Notes under the pieces: generated by a model
Told to the model about the DNA's origin: nothing
What the model saw: only the letters and a program-made list of their open reading frames with translations
The model's database searches: none
Shown here: positions 37,770 to 46,322 of the stretch, piece by piece
Position numbering within the stretch: position 1 is the first letter of the stretch
How the letters are laid out: each line of letters starts with the position of its first letter
Source: a virus
Lineage: Duplodnaviria > Caudoviricetes
Reading direction: 5' to 3' (one strand)
DNA length: 64,000 nt
Virus record (IMG/VR): IMGVR_UViG_3300044658_000017
Span: 24,639-88,638 of that record
Translations under genes and position numbers: made by a program

Positions 37770-38513
37770 TTAGAACAAGGAGAGTAGCTTATAACCTATG
37801 CCTATACCGGCTTGAGGTGTAAACTGTACTGTACCTTGAAGTGGTATACCATAACCACCATATAGAAAAAGACAAACTCTTTTCTGTCTTTCTTTAGGTA
37901 CATCTACTTTATATACTCTCATTGCTGTAGTGGAAGAATAGGGATTATGATTAATTACATCTGCAAACCATGTTTTATCTTTAGGGTCTTTTCCTATAAT
38001 CACATCGTAACTGTTAATTACTTTAAGATTAAAGAAAGTGGAATCTTTATTCATCTTTAGGTTAGCAGTAAACCACTTATTAGTGATTAGTTTTTTATAA
38101 GTAGGATATACGATAACAGAACCACTATCAACATGATTAGGTATATACACCTGATCTGTCTTACTTGAATCTGCTATTTTAGTTTCTCCTTTGACTACAG
38201 TAACAGAACCACCAGTTTTTAATTGTTTTTCATACTTCTTTACTACATTCTGTAGTGCAGTAATGGCTGAATCATTACTTTTCATAATCAAAATATCCTC
38301 CACCTTTTCGGACATTAATATATCAATTTGAGCTAATTGACTACTATCATTTAGCTTAAATGTATGCAGACTGTCTGTAAGAGCTTGAATAAGGTTTGTT
38401 TGATTAGATATTGTGTCATCTTTTCTCTTGTTGCTACAGCCTAAGCAATATAGCAAAATAGCTACTACTAAAATCAGGATTGCCGATAACCTTGTAAGGA
38501 ACTGATTACTCAT
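37770..38513 (-). CDS. Envelope protein with an N-terminal TM/lipoprotein signal and C-terminal amphipathic beta-strands (spanin-like candidate)
   Basis: LSAILILVVAILLYCLGC N-terminus; C-terminus QAGIGIGYKLLSLF. Confidence 0.55.
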   Translation of the reverse strand: MSNQFLTRLSAILILVVAILLYCLGCSNKRKDDTISNQTNLIQALTDSLHTFKLNDSSQLAQIDILMSEKVEDILIMKSNDSAITALQNVVKKYEKQLKTGGSVTVVKGETKIADSSKTDQVYIPNHVDSGSVIVYPTYKKLITNKWFTANLKMNKDSTFFNLKVINSYDVIIGKDPKDKTWFADVINHNPYSSTTAMRVYKVDVPKERQKRVCLFLYGGYGIPLQGTVQFTPQAGIGIGYKLLSLF

Positions 38514-38758
38514 ACTTGATAGTTTGTAAGGGTTTTAGAATAATAGTCTACTTGTTTTTCATAATAATAACGGATATTTTTCTCGTAGTAATCCTTAGGC
38601 ATAAACTGTGTTATATGATCTGGTAAAGGTTCACTACTATTAACAAATGTACGTAGAATTTCTGGTGTAAAGTCCCTCCTCAAGTTACAAAACAGAGTAT
38701 AAGTATCAGCTAAGGCTAGTTCTGATGATACTTTAGTTACATCTACTGTAATGATCAT
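38510..38758 (-). CDS. Hypothetical protein
   Basis: 82-aa ORF with a 4-nt overlap with the downstream gene. Confidence 0.55.
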   Translation of the reverse strand: MIITVDVTKVSSELALADTYTLFCNLRRDFTPEILRTFVNSSEPLPDHITQFMPKDYYEKNIRYYYEKQVDYYSKTLTNYQV

Positions 38759-38761
38759 GGT

Positions 38762-39073
38762 TTAGTTAGTGGTTTTATCGTTTAGGATTGCTATTGCATA
38801 AGGTACAATATTTCTTATTTCCTGTCTACGTGGGCCAGCAATTCTTCCTAAAAGTTCGACTCTTGTTGTAAAGATGGGTAATTTATAAACAACTCTTGTT
38901 GTTTTACCATAGTATCTATCATTAATTTCTACTTCTTTTCTTGTAACATAACAAGCTACATAATCATTACTATTAACATGAGTAGCTATTATTTTATCAT
39001 TTTCCCACACTTCATATAGATACTTACCTCTCTTTATATTTATCTCTCTTTTAGTCATTTTCAATTCTAACAT
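38762..39073 (-). CDS. Hypothetical protein
   Basis: 103-aa ORF in the packed array. Confidence 0.55.
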   Translation of the reverse strand: MLELKMTKREINIKRGKYLYEVWENDKIIATHVNSNDYVACYVTRKEVEINDRYYGKTTRVVYKLPIFTTRVELLGRIAGPRRQEIRNIVPYAIAILNDKTTN

Positions 39074-39082
39074 AAGAAAGAT

Positions 39083-39106
39083 TTAAAAGAGGGGTTTCCC
39101 CCTCTT
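39083..39106 (-). terminator. Rho-independent terminator with a GAAA tetraloop
   Basis: On the - strand: AAGAGGGG-GAAA-CCCCTCTT followed by TT, immediately after the 39108 stop. Confidence 0.65.
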
Positions 39107-39107
39107 A

Positions 39108-39617
39108 TTAATGGTAATGGAAACAATGCTCACTATAGATTTCGATAACTAAAAACTTACCGGGAATAACATCAGTATCCACTGTTTTATTTGTTACTCT
39201 CCATGTTGGAATGTTGGTATACTCAGATTCTGTATTAACTGGTACATCTTTAGGTACAGCCCAGTTATATACCTCGATAATATCAGTCATCTCTTCACCA
39301 TCTTCTAACCAAGCACACTCTTCAGAGATTACACCTATTACTTTAATAACCTCAGTAATATCTGCTTCCAATGTAGTTTCTCCGGCTTTCAGAATAAAGC
39401 CAAACTGAGGAGTATCAGAGCCAATACTATCAACTTTGAAATCCTCAATGAAAGCAAATGTAGACCTCTTTCCTTCGGGGTCAAACCAATAAACTAAATC
39501 CCCTCTTTTAAAATTGTCGTGGTCACAAAGAAATAGTTTCCACGGGCCATTGTAGTCTGCATAACCAGTCTCAGGTAATGCTTGAATAGGCAATTCATAC
39601 ACAATCTTCTTTTGCAT
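39108..39617 (-). CDS. Hypothetical protein
   Basis: 169-aa ORF ending HCFHYH. Confidence 0.6.
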   Translation of the reverse strand: MQKKIVYELPIQALPETGYADYNGPWKLFLCDHDNFKRGDLVYWFDPEGKRSTFAFIEDFKVDSIGSDTPQFGFILKAGETTLEADITEVIKVIGVISEECAWLEDGEEMTDIIEVYNWAVPKDVPVNTESEYTNIPTWRVTNKTVDTDVIPGKFLVIEIYSEHCFHYH

Positions 39618-39630
39618 AATCTGTGTTTTC

Positions 39631-39990
39631 TTATTTAACGTTAAATAAAAGATGATACCACCTTCTTTTCCTTAGTTTGGATATAGTATGACTAAGAGAG
39701 TTATTATCACTTATTAGCTGCTCTTTATCCTCTCTAACAGTTTTATACTGTTGTTTTACTGTTCTAAGTTCTGTAGCAAGATCAACATTGTGTTTTTGTT
39801 CTGACCTCCAATTATTAAAATGACGGTTCTTTTCAACCATCTCTGTTTCTAACTTAGCTTCAAATTCAGAGAGTAATCTTGTCTTCTCTCTGAGTGCTCT
39901 ATCAAGACCTACGATTTGAGCTTTAAGATCAGCAACTATAGCATCATGCTTTTTGATGCTCATTACGGCAGGTTTTCTTTTTTGGGTCAT
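39631..39990 (-). CDS. Coiled-coil hypothetical protein
   Basis: 119 aa, heptad-rich, ending RKRRWYHLLF. Confidence 0.6.
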   Translation of the reverse strand: MTQKRKPAVMSIKKHDAIVADLKAQIVGLDRALREKTRLLSEFEAKLETEMVEKNRHFNNWRSEQKHNVDLATELRTVKQQYKTVREDKEQLISDNNSLSHTISKLRKRRWYHLLFNVK

Positions 39991-39993
39991 GGA

Positions 39994-40899
39994 TTATATG
40001 ATTTTATAGTGTTTAAGCATAAGATATACTTGTCCTTCAAGCAAAGGCAAGTCATAGTTATTACGAATTAAATATTTGAAGGGATAGTGATCTAAAGCAG
40101 TTTCAGAGGGATGTTCATCATTAGATTTAATAGAATCTCTATTTACTCTTATAACAATACCACCTCTATCTTCTATAGCTTTAACTTCATTTGGAAATCT
40201 TACATCAGTGATAATCCAATCTGGCATTCTAACTTTCGATCTTTCAATAAGTTCATACCATTTGAATAACTTGTCAGGGATAACTTTATTATGAAACTCT
40301 TTAGGGTAGGTACTATAAGCAGGAATTATATAGCCACTCTCAGTAAAATCAGCAATACCAGTTCTTTCTACAGTAACTACTTCTCCATCTTCTTTTATAA
40401 TTTTATCTGTAGTTTTGTAATCATTCATCAAAGCATTTACCCAAATATTAGGATGAATAATTTCTCTCCCACACTCCGTACCCATAAGCTGAAGTAATTT
40501 TCGGGGAGTAAGTACTTCTTCTACAAGATAGATAGAAGATGCAGCTAAATGTCTATATAGAGCCTCTTCTTTTGAGCTATATATTTTACCACTAACTTTT
40601 TCACTACCACTATCTCCTTTATGTACCCAGTACCATACTCTCCATTCTTCTCCTAATGGAGTTTCTTTAAAGTTATTATCTTCAAGTTGAGTAACACTAC
40701 AACCAATAAGAAAGGCAACTATCTGCTTAAGTTTATCAGCAAACTTTTTTATAATAAAACGAGATGGGCCTTTCATGGGTGATAACATACCATCTTTAAC
40801 CTCTACATAACCACTACTTACGGGAGAGGTTAAATCCTGAATGATCTTAGCAACAGTATCTTTGCCATGTTGTTTCTTACCAGAAATACCTATTATCAT
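39994..40899 (-). CDS. Deoxynucleoside monophosphate kinase
   Basis: IIGISGKKQHGKDT P-loop, PRKLLQLMGTE, IITDVRFPNE and HPSE motifs of phage dNMP kinases. Confidence 0.9.
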   Translation of the reverse strand: MIIGISGKKQHGKDTVAKIIQDLTSPVSSGYVEVKDGMLSPMKGPSRFIIKKFADKLKQIVAFLIGCSVTQLEDNNFKETPLGEEWRVWYWVHKGDSGSEKVSGKIYSSKEEALYRHLAASSIYLVEEVLTPRKLLQLMGTECGREIIHPNIWVNALMNDYKTTDKIIKEDGEVVTVERTGIADFTESGYIIPAYSTYPKEFHNKVIPDKLFKWYELIERSKVRMPDWIITDVRFPNEVKAIEDRGGIVIRVNRDSIKSNDEHPSETALDHYPFKYLIRNNYDLPLLEGQVYLMLKHYKII

Positions 40900-40901
40900 T
40901 A

Positions 40902-41114
40902 TTAGAATTTGAATTTGTTAGAGATCAATTCTTCACCAAGAAAAATGAATACAAAGACATGTGTATTCATATGAGTTGTTTGTATAGTTTCTATACTATA
41001 AAGAAAGCCCTCTATATTTAAACTTCCTGATTCCTGAATTTCTTTTCTTTGAGTTTCATCAATTTCTCTTTGTTTCAGTATAGAGTGCTCACGAATAGCA
41101 AAGGCTATCATCAT
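40902..41114 (-). CDS. Hypothetical protein
   Basis: 70-aa ORF with a coupled overlap to the upstream gene. Confidence 0.5.
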   Translation of the reverse strand: MMIAFAIREHSILKQREIDETQRKEIQESGSLNIEGFLYSIETIQTTHMNTHVFVFIFLGEELISNKFKF

Positions 41115-41449
41115 ATCTGAGCTTGTTTAAAAAGGTTAATCAATATAATTAAAGCAAGCTCGTCATGGGTATCACTGCCTGCTACTTTCTTATGTGGATT
41201 CTGAATCCTTACATTAGGTACTTCTTTACCGGCCCTGATTTTTACTTCATTCTTGTATTCTATACCTACAATAAATTCATTAGGTTTAAAGTTAAAAGGG
41301 ATGCTCTTAAGTTTGAAGTACACATCTACAAATACATCTTGTATATCCTGTCCATGAGCAGTACCAAAATTCATAACCAAAGTAGATTCAGGGCAATTTT
41401 CTGCATACCATTTTAAGGCTTCTTCTCTTTGTCCGGGGGTAAATGTCAT
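41111..41449 (-). CDS. Hypothetical protein
   Basis: 112-aa ORF with 4-nt overlaps on both sides. Confidence 0.55.
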   Translation of the reverse strand: MTFTPGQREEALKWYAENCPESTLVMNFGTAHGQDIQDVFVDVYFKLKSIPFNFKPNEFIVGIEYKNEVKIRAGKEVPNVRIQNPHKKVAGSDTHDELALIILINLFKQAQI

Positions 41450-41676
41450 ATGGGGTATTTTTTAATAAGGTCATTAATTTCAAGTACAGAAGATACATAC
41501 TGAATTACATATATGGCATAATCAGGGTCTAACTCATAACGATTACCCTCAAAAAAGAAGAAGCTAGACTTTAACTGTTTAGCTTCCTCATATCTCTTCA
41601 CAAATTCATTAATACTTTCTTCATCAAAGGTAACATACTTGTTATTACCTATGTAAATATCAACCGTTGTCGGCAT
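41446..41676 (-). CDS. Hypothetical protein
   Basis: 76-aa ORF in the packed array. Confidence 0.5.
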   Translation of the reverse strand: MPTTVDIYIGNNKYVTFDEESINEFVKRYEEAKQLKSSFFFFEGNRYELDPDYAIYVIQYVSSVLEINDLIKKYPI

Positions 41677-42166
41677 ACTGTAATCCCTTTAAAGGTAATG
41701 AAAATCCACCATTATAAGTAATAACAGAGTGTTCTATAGCTCTATTATAATGATGGTCTAATGCCATTGCTACTAACCACGGTATGTTTCCTAAGAGTTG
41801 AGGATGACCAATAGAAATAGCTTTGAGAGGATGGAAGTAGACTTCTTCTTTTGTCATAGAGACAAACATAGATTTGTCTACTTGAATTTCCTGAAGAGTA
41901 GTGTAATAACATTGTACTAACCATCTGGAAGTTTCTTCTCCCATAGTACAGAAGTGATGCCAGTGTAAAGACTTAGTTTTTACCCCAGTCTCCTCTTCAC
42001 ATTCTCTTACCATAGCTTCGGCATAAGTAAGATCAGTTGGTTCCTTCATTCCTCCTATACCATTGTAGAAACCTCTTTGCCATGAAGGTTTTTGTTTTTG
42101 AATGAGTAATACTCGATTCACATCCAAATCAAAGACGAAACCAAGTACATACTTTTCCTCTTGCAT
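41660..42166 (-). CDS. Nudix hydrolase
   Basis: Nudix box GIGGMKEPTDLTYAEAMVRECEEETG; upstream VLLIQKQKP. Confidence 0.9.
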   Translation of the reverse strand: MQEEKYVLGFVFDLDVNRVLLIQKQKPSWQRGFYNGIGGMKEPTDLTYAEAMVRECEEETGVKTKSLHWHHFCTMGEETSRWLVQCYYTTLQEIQVDKSMFVSMTKEEVYFHPLKAISIGHPQLLGNIPWLVAMALDHHYNRAIEHSVITYNGGFSLPLKGLQYADNG

Positions 42167-42195
42167 AATTGTAAGTTTTATGTTATTAAAGATAG

Positions 42196-42256
42196 GAGAA
42201 AGGTTGCAAAGAATATTATTCCTATTAGGATAATAACGATCATTGCAACCTCTTCT
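42196..42256 (-). terminator. Intergenic stem-loop (terminator or processing site)
   Basis: AGGTTGCAA (42201-42209) / TTGCAACCT (42243-42251) outer stem, plus an inner TATTAT..TCCT-ATT-AGGATAATA stem. Confidence 0.5.
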
Positions 42257-42259
42257 TTC

Positions 42260-42853
42260 TTATTCAAAATACTCTTCTTTCTGGTTAGGGGGTAAATCTA
42301 GTTCTCCTTCATAATCAATAGTCCTTAATGTAGTACCAAATAACTTATTCAAATTTCTCACGAACTTGATTCTGTATAAGTTATCTTTTGTAAGAACTTT
42401 TTTAGTCTCTGGATGCTTGCCGAAAAAGGAATCTATGTCTGCTAAGGTAAACATTTCACTGTATTTTCCCTGTAGAAATTTTTCAAAAGAAGGAGTATAT
42501 TGATCAGGAATCTTAATCACCACCATATGACAAGGAGACTTTTTAATATCTCCATATACATAATCATCCTGATAACACTCTTGTCCACGAATCCAATTAA
42601 GGAAAGACACAAAATTCTTAGGCCATATTCGGCTATCAAGTAGGATGAACAAATGTTTTTCATACCTATGTTCATTATCCATGAATACCAAATCACCTAA
42701 GCCCAATGCTAACTTAAAGACACTATTATACCTTTGTTCAAATTCATGTCCATAGCTTTTTAAGCATGGAGTTAAATACTTCCATGTTCGATTATTTACA
42801 GGAATACCATGATCTACTTTACCCATTAATACCTCACCTATCTGTATCTTCAT
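42260..42853 (-). CDS. Hypothetical protein
   Basis: 197-aa ORF coupled to the nuclease gene. Confidence 0.65.
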   Translation of the reverse strand: MKIQIGEVLMGKVDHGIPVNNRTWKYLTPCLKSYGHEFEQRYNSVFKLALGLGDLVFMDNEHRYEKHLFILLDSRIWPKNFVSFLNWIRGQECYQDDYVYGDIKKSPCHMVVIKIPDQYTPSFEKFLQGKYSEMFTLADIDSFFGKHPETKKVLTKDNLYRIKFVRNLNKLFGTTLRTIDYEGELDLPPNQKEEYFE

Positions 42854-43995
42854 ACTGGTTTAATCAAGTTGAAACGTGAATCAATTTGTAATGCTTCAGG
42901 TACAGCTTTATTAAGAGCAGATTCTATATTAAAATCATGTTCTCTCCAATAAGCATATTCTTCAACAAGTTGTCGGAACCCCGGCATATTATCATCTCCT
43001 TTTTCTCCTACCCACATAGCTCCATCATCAAGTCGAAATCTTAAAGGAAGACCGGGATTACTAGTACTTTCTACTATGAAATGCATGTTATCAAGACTGA
43101 AATTATAAATAGAGGTTGACCCTATAATGTCCCCTAACAGAGCAAAATTCTGTCTTAACCCTTCCGTATAGAAAGCACCTTGAATGTCATACCTTCTTGA
43201 CTTTACTATTCTTGGAAAATTAAGTGTGAAACCCCTCATGGTTTTAAAGTCATAAGGTATAATCTTATTAGTAATAAGATTAATTCTTACCTTATCAATA
43301 AGACCCTTACAAGGAGTTTTATCTACTAAAAAGTATATAGGTAACTGATAAATATCTACAATGTCCTTAGAGTCTTCAAACTCATTTTTTGTATAAGGAT
43401 GAGTAACCCAGTTATTGTAAATAATGTTTATCAAATTATACTCTTCAGTGGAGAGAACTTGCTTACCTCTGGCTCTTACTATATCAGCCCAATAATCCAT
43501 ACAGGCATCATCTCTTAGTACATCTGTAATCCGATTATCCATATCCCATCTTGGCTTTGCCCTATTCATATAGTAGCCAATTTTTAATTCTCCATCTTTT
43601 ACAGTTTCTACTGTATTGAGAGCTTCATGCAATAAAGGCATATAATTAGCTGCATTACTATGATTAAGGGGATACACTTCATGTTCATTCTGTAGCTTTT
43701 CCATTACCATATGCAACACAGTTTTAAGTGTAGCACTTGGTTGCTTTTCTACATCAGAGTTATGATAGATGGTATTGAAATGATTTCTACCATATGAAAT
43801 AAGAGTATCCGTAGCCTTTCCAATTAGAAAATGTTGTTTATCTTCAAAATACTTTTCTGAAGTTAACAAGTTCTGTTGATTTACAAGGAATGACTGAATA
43901 CCATTAAACATAATCTCTTTAAGACCAGATTGATTAATGGAGTTTAAATCCTGCTCATACCGAGCTACTATCTCCGGTGGTGTTCTGATTATCAT
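42850..43995 (-). CDS. PD-(D/E)xK nuclease (ExoVIII/PDDEXK-like)
   Basis: FLIGKATDTLI, CKGLIDKVRI, YDFKT and YDIQGAFY motifs. Confidence 0.8.
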   Translation of the reverse strand: MIIRTPPEIVARYEQDLNSINQSGLKEIMFNGIQSFLVNQQNLLTSEKYFEDKQHFLIGKATDTLISYGRNHFNTIYHNSDVEKQPSATLKTVLHMVMEKLQNEHEVYPLNHSNAANYMPLLHEALNTVETVKDGELKIGYYMNRAKPRWDMDNRITDVLRDDACMDYWADIVRARGKQVLSTEEYNLINIIYNNWVTHPYTKNEFEDSKDIVDIYQLPIYFLVDKTPCKGLIDKVRINLITNKIIPYDFKTMRGFTLNFPRIVKSRRYDIQGAFYTEGLRQNFALLGDIIGSTSIYNFSLDNMHFIVESTSNPGLPLRFRLDDGAMWVGEKGDDNMPGFRQLVEEYAYWREHDFNIESALNKAVPEALQIDSRFNLIKPV

Positions 43996-44497
43996 TTTCT
44001 ATTGTTTGTGATGATGAATCTTCGTTTATAGGAACAGGATTACCTTCTTCATCAGATAATGAGACAACAGGAGAGTACTTACCTTTTTCATGCAGCATAC
44101 ACAACAAATCGAAATAGTCTGTAAATGTCATAGAGACTATACTATCAAACTCCGAAGGATGATTACCTCTGCCGGGGAGCTTATCATGTATTACAATAGC
44201 ATGATGTTTTCTTTCAGGATAGTGAGCAGGTAATTTTTCTACTGATGTATTTATATCTCTTAAAGCCTGTCTTACATTAAGACCATTTTGAGCACCAGCT
44301 TTAATTTGAGCATTTACCGGAACAAAAGCTAAGTCAAGTTTTCTATCATCTCTCATCTTTGAGACATATCTCATAGTAAGAGCTTCCTTCCAACCTGCTT
44401 CTCTAAATATTCTGGCATACTTTCTTTCTGCTTCGTTACCTATTCTTTTATTCCTCTTTCCCTGCTTTTTAAAGTCTCTTTTTTCTTGACTGCTCAT
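43955..44497 (-). CDS. Holliday-junction-resolvase-like PD-(D/E)xK endonuclease
   Basis: GNEAERKYARIF, LDLAF and NAQIKAG motifs of archaeal/phage Hjc-type resolvases. Confidence 0.7.
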   Translation of the reverse strand: MSSQEKRDFKKQGKRNKRIGNEAERKYARIFREAGWKEALTMRYVSKMRDDRKLDLAFVPVNAQIKAGAQNGLNVRQALRDINTSVEKLPAHYPERKHHAIVIHDKLPGRGNHPSEFDSIVSMTFTDYFDLLCMLHEKGKYSPVVSLSDEEGNPVPINEDSSSQTIENDNQNTTGDSSSV

Positions 44498-45165
44498 TAT
44501 AGTGAAAGGTTTTTAATAACAAGTTTAGTTAAATCCTTGTACATATTCTTAGCCTGAACAATATTTACAGGACGAATCTTAGGTACAGGAGTATGATTAT
44601 AACATGAAGTTAGGAGACTTCTTGTAATAATAGTATCTATCCTTTCGTTAATAACAGGCATAGCTATTTTTTCAAAATTTCTCCACATTAATTCATATGT
44701 ACTTTCCTCTGTGAATTTCTTATCTATCATAAGAAAGAATTGAGAATAATCAGGATTAGTCTTATCTATATGAAATAAGTGAGACTTATGTACTGCTATT
44801 ACTGCAAGAGGAACAACTTCTCCACTATTTTTTAAATGTACAAGTTGTCCTACTCTTGTAAGATAGATATTATCTACATTCTTCTTATCGAACCTTGTCC
44901 AAAGTTCACGATACATCATTATATTAAAGAAGTCTTCATAGACTTTCTTTATATATGGTACATGAATAGGAACATCTAAGCTATATAGTAATGACCTAGA
45001 TGTTCCTACTTGTAATAACTTTCCTGTTATCAAAGCATGATAAGGAATAAAGTTATTATCATCAGATGTTGAAGGATAATAAGAAGAAAGTCCCAAACTA
45101 CTTGGTTCTGCATTGCAGAATCTTGATTTGAAAAAGCCATCGAAGTTTATCTGGAACTCTCTCAT
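44497..45165 (-). CDS. Hypothetical protein directly downstream of E1/ThiF
   Basis: 222-aa ORF starting 11 nt after the ThiF stop. Confidence 0.65.
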   Translation of the reverse strand: MREFQINFDGFFKSRFCNAEPSSLGLSSYYPSTSDDNNFIPYHALITGKLLQVGTSRSLLYSLDVPIHVPYIKKVYEDFFNIMMYRELWTRFDKKNVDNIYLTRVGQLVHLKNSGEVVPLAVIAVHKSHLFHIDKTNPDYSQFFLMIDKKFTEESTYELMWRNFEKIAMPVINERIDTIITRSLLTSCYNHTPVPKIRPVNIVQAKNMYKDLTKLVIKNLSL

Positions 45166-45176
45166 GGGTTTGGGGA

Positions 45177-46322
45177 TTAAAAAGGTAACTCATTTGTGTG
45201 ATCATCAGTTGGGTCTTCTGGTATATCAATATCAGAAGGGTCTTCCTCCGGCTCAGAAGAGGGCAATTCCAAACTTGAAGAGTCTTCGTTTCTATCTTGA
45301 ATCTCCTCCTTTTCAAGACTATCAAGTTCATTAATTAGGTCATTGTAAAGTTCTTCTTCACTTTTATCTGATTCCTCACGATTATAAAATAATCTGGAAT
45401 CGGGAACTGGCAATTCTCCTGCTGTACCCGTAATAACTGGTTGTCCCCACTGATCTAAAGGAACTTGATTCTGAGGCATAAACATACGAGAGTTTTGCAT
45501 CTCTTTGTATAGTTCATTTACTTCTTCTTCAGTTAAATCGGTTTCTTCAGTAGTGCCTAATTGATGTAATTCTTCCGGGCCTACTTCATCAAATACTTCA
45601 GTTACAGCTTGAACACTATTATCTACTTCGACTTCATAACTAGAAGTATAACCAATAGGAATTATGTATTCCCAAAAGAAAGGATAATCTCTTGAAGTAT
45701 CTTTACCAAGAATACCGGCATACCAATTAGTAAACTTAGCTACCATATGTGCTGCAATCATAGCTGCACCATGAGAAGTTTGCTTTAAGGTACAATCCAT
45801 CTCTTCAACTTCACTATCATCAAAGAGATGTTTGGAAATATACTCTTCGATCTCTACCTGATTACCCCCTTTTATACAGAATATTGTAAGCTGCTCCATA
45901 GTAAGCCTGCCATCTATAAAAATAGCCTGCTTATTATTTCTGTTTTCTTCTTTCCACTTATGAAACATTATACTTCTGGCTTTCATATTGTCAAAGGCAG
46001 AAAAGACAATATCATTAGTCATAGTATCTGCTGTTACTTCTTCATTGTAAGGAATTATTTCTTCCTGACATATTTCTCTTACTACATCACCAAGAGCTTC
46101 TACCTTGCTTTTACCAATGCTTTTATGCATAAAACACTGGCCTGCCATATTTACTGCTTCAAGACTATCGAAATCAAAAACATGAGTTTCAAAGCCTGCT
46201 CTGTTTAATAATAAAGTAAGCCATGAACCAATCCCTCCGGCACCACCAATTAGTACTGCTGGTCTTACATCTTCCTGAAACCACGGAGCACCCTTAAATC
46301 TATCATACTTCTGTGTTGCCAT
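45177..46322 (-). CDS. E1-like / ThiF-family Ubl-activating enzyme with a long acidic tail
   Basis: IGGAGGIGSW nucleotide-binding loop, FDFDSLEAVNMAGQ, KSKVEAL, FDNMKAR and IDGR motifs. Candidate catalytic Cys177 (DCTLKQT). Confidence 0.9.
   Translation of the reverse strand: MATQKYDRFKGAPWFQEDVRPAVLIGGAGGIGSWLTLLLNRAGFETHVFDFDSLEAVNMAGQCFMHKSIGKSKVEALGDVVREICQEEIIPYNEEVTADTMTNDIVFSAFDNMKARSIMFHKWKEENRNNKQAIFIDGRLTMEQLTIFCIKGGNQVEIEEYISKHLFDDSEVEEMDCTLKQTSHGAAMIAAHMVAKFTNWYAGILGKDTSRDYPFFWEYIIPIGYTSSYEVEVDNSVQAVTEVFDEVGPEELHQLGTTEETDLTEEEVNELYKEMQNSRMFMPQNQVPLDQWGQPVITGTAGELPVPDSRLFYNREESDKSEEELYNDLINELDSLEKEEIQDRNEDSSSLELPSSEPEEDPSDIDIPEDPTDDHTNELPF

Noticed and set aside
45177-46322. ThiF as a thiamine or molybdopterin sulfur-transfer enzyme
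   Set aside because: No ThiS/MoaD with a terminal GG, and no ThiG, rhodanese or cysteine desulfurase nearby. The neighbours are E2-like and JAB genes, and the Zn-binding CxxC pairs of ThiF/MoeB are absent.
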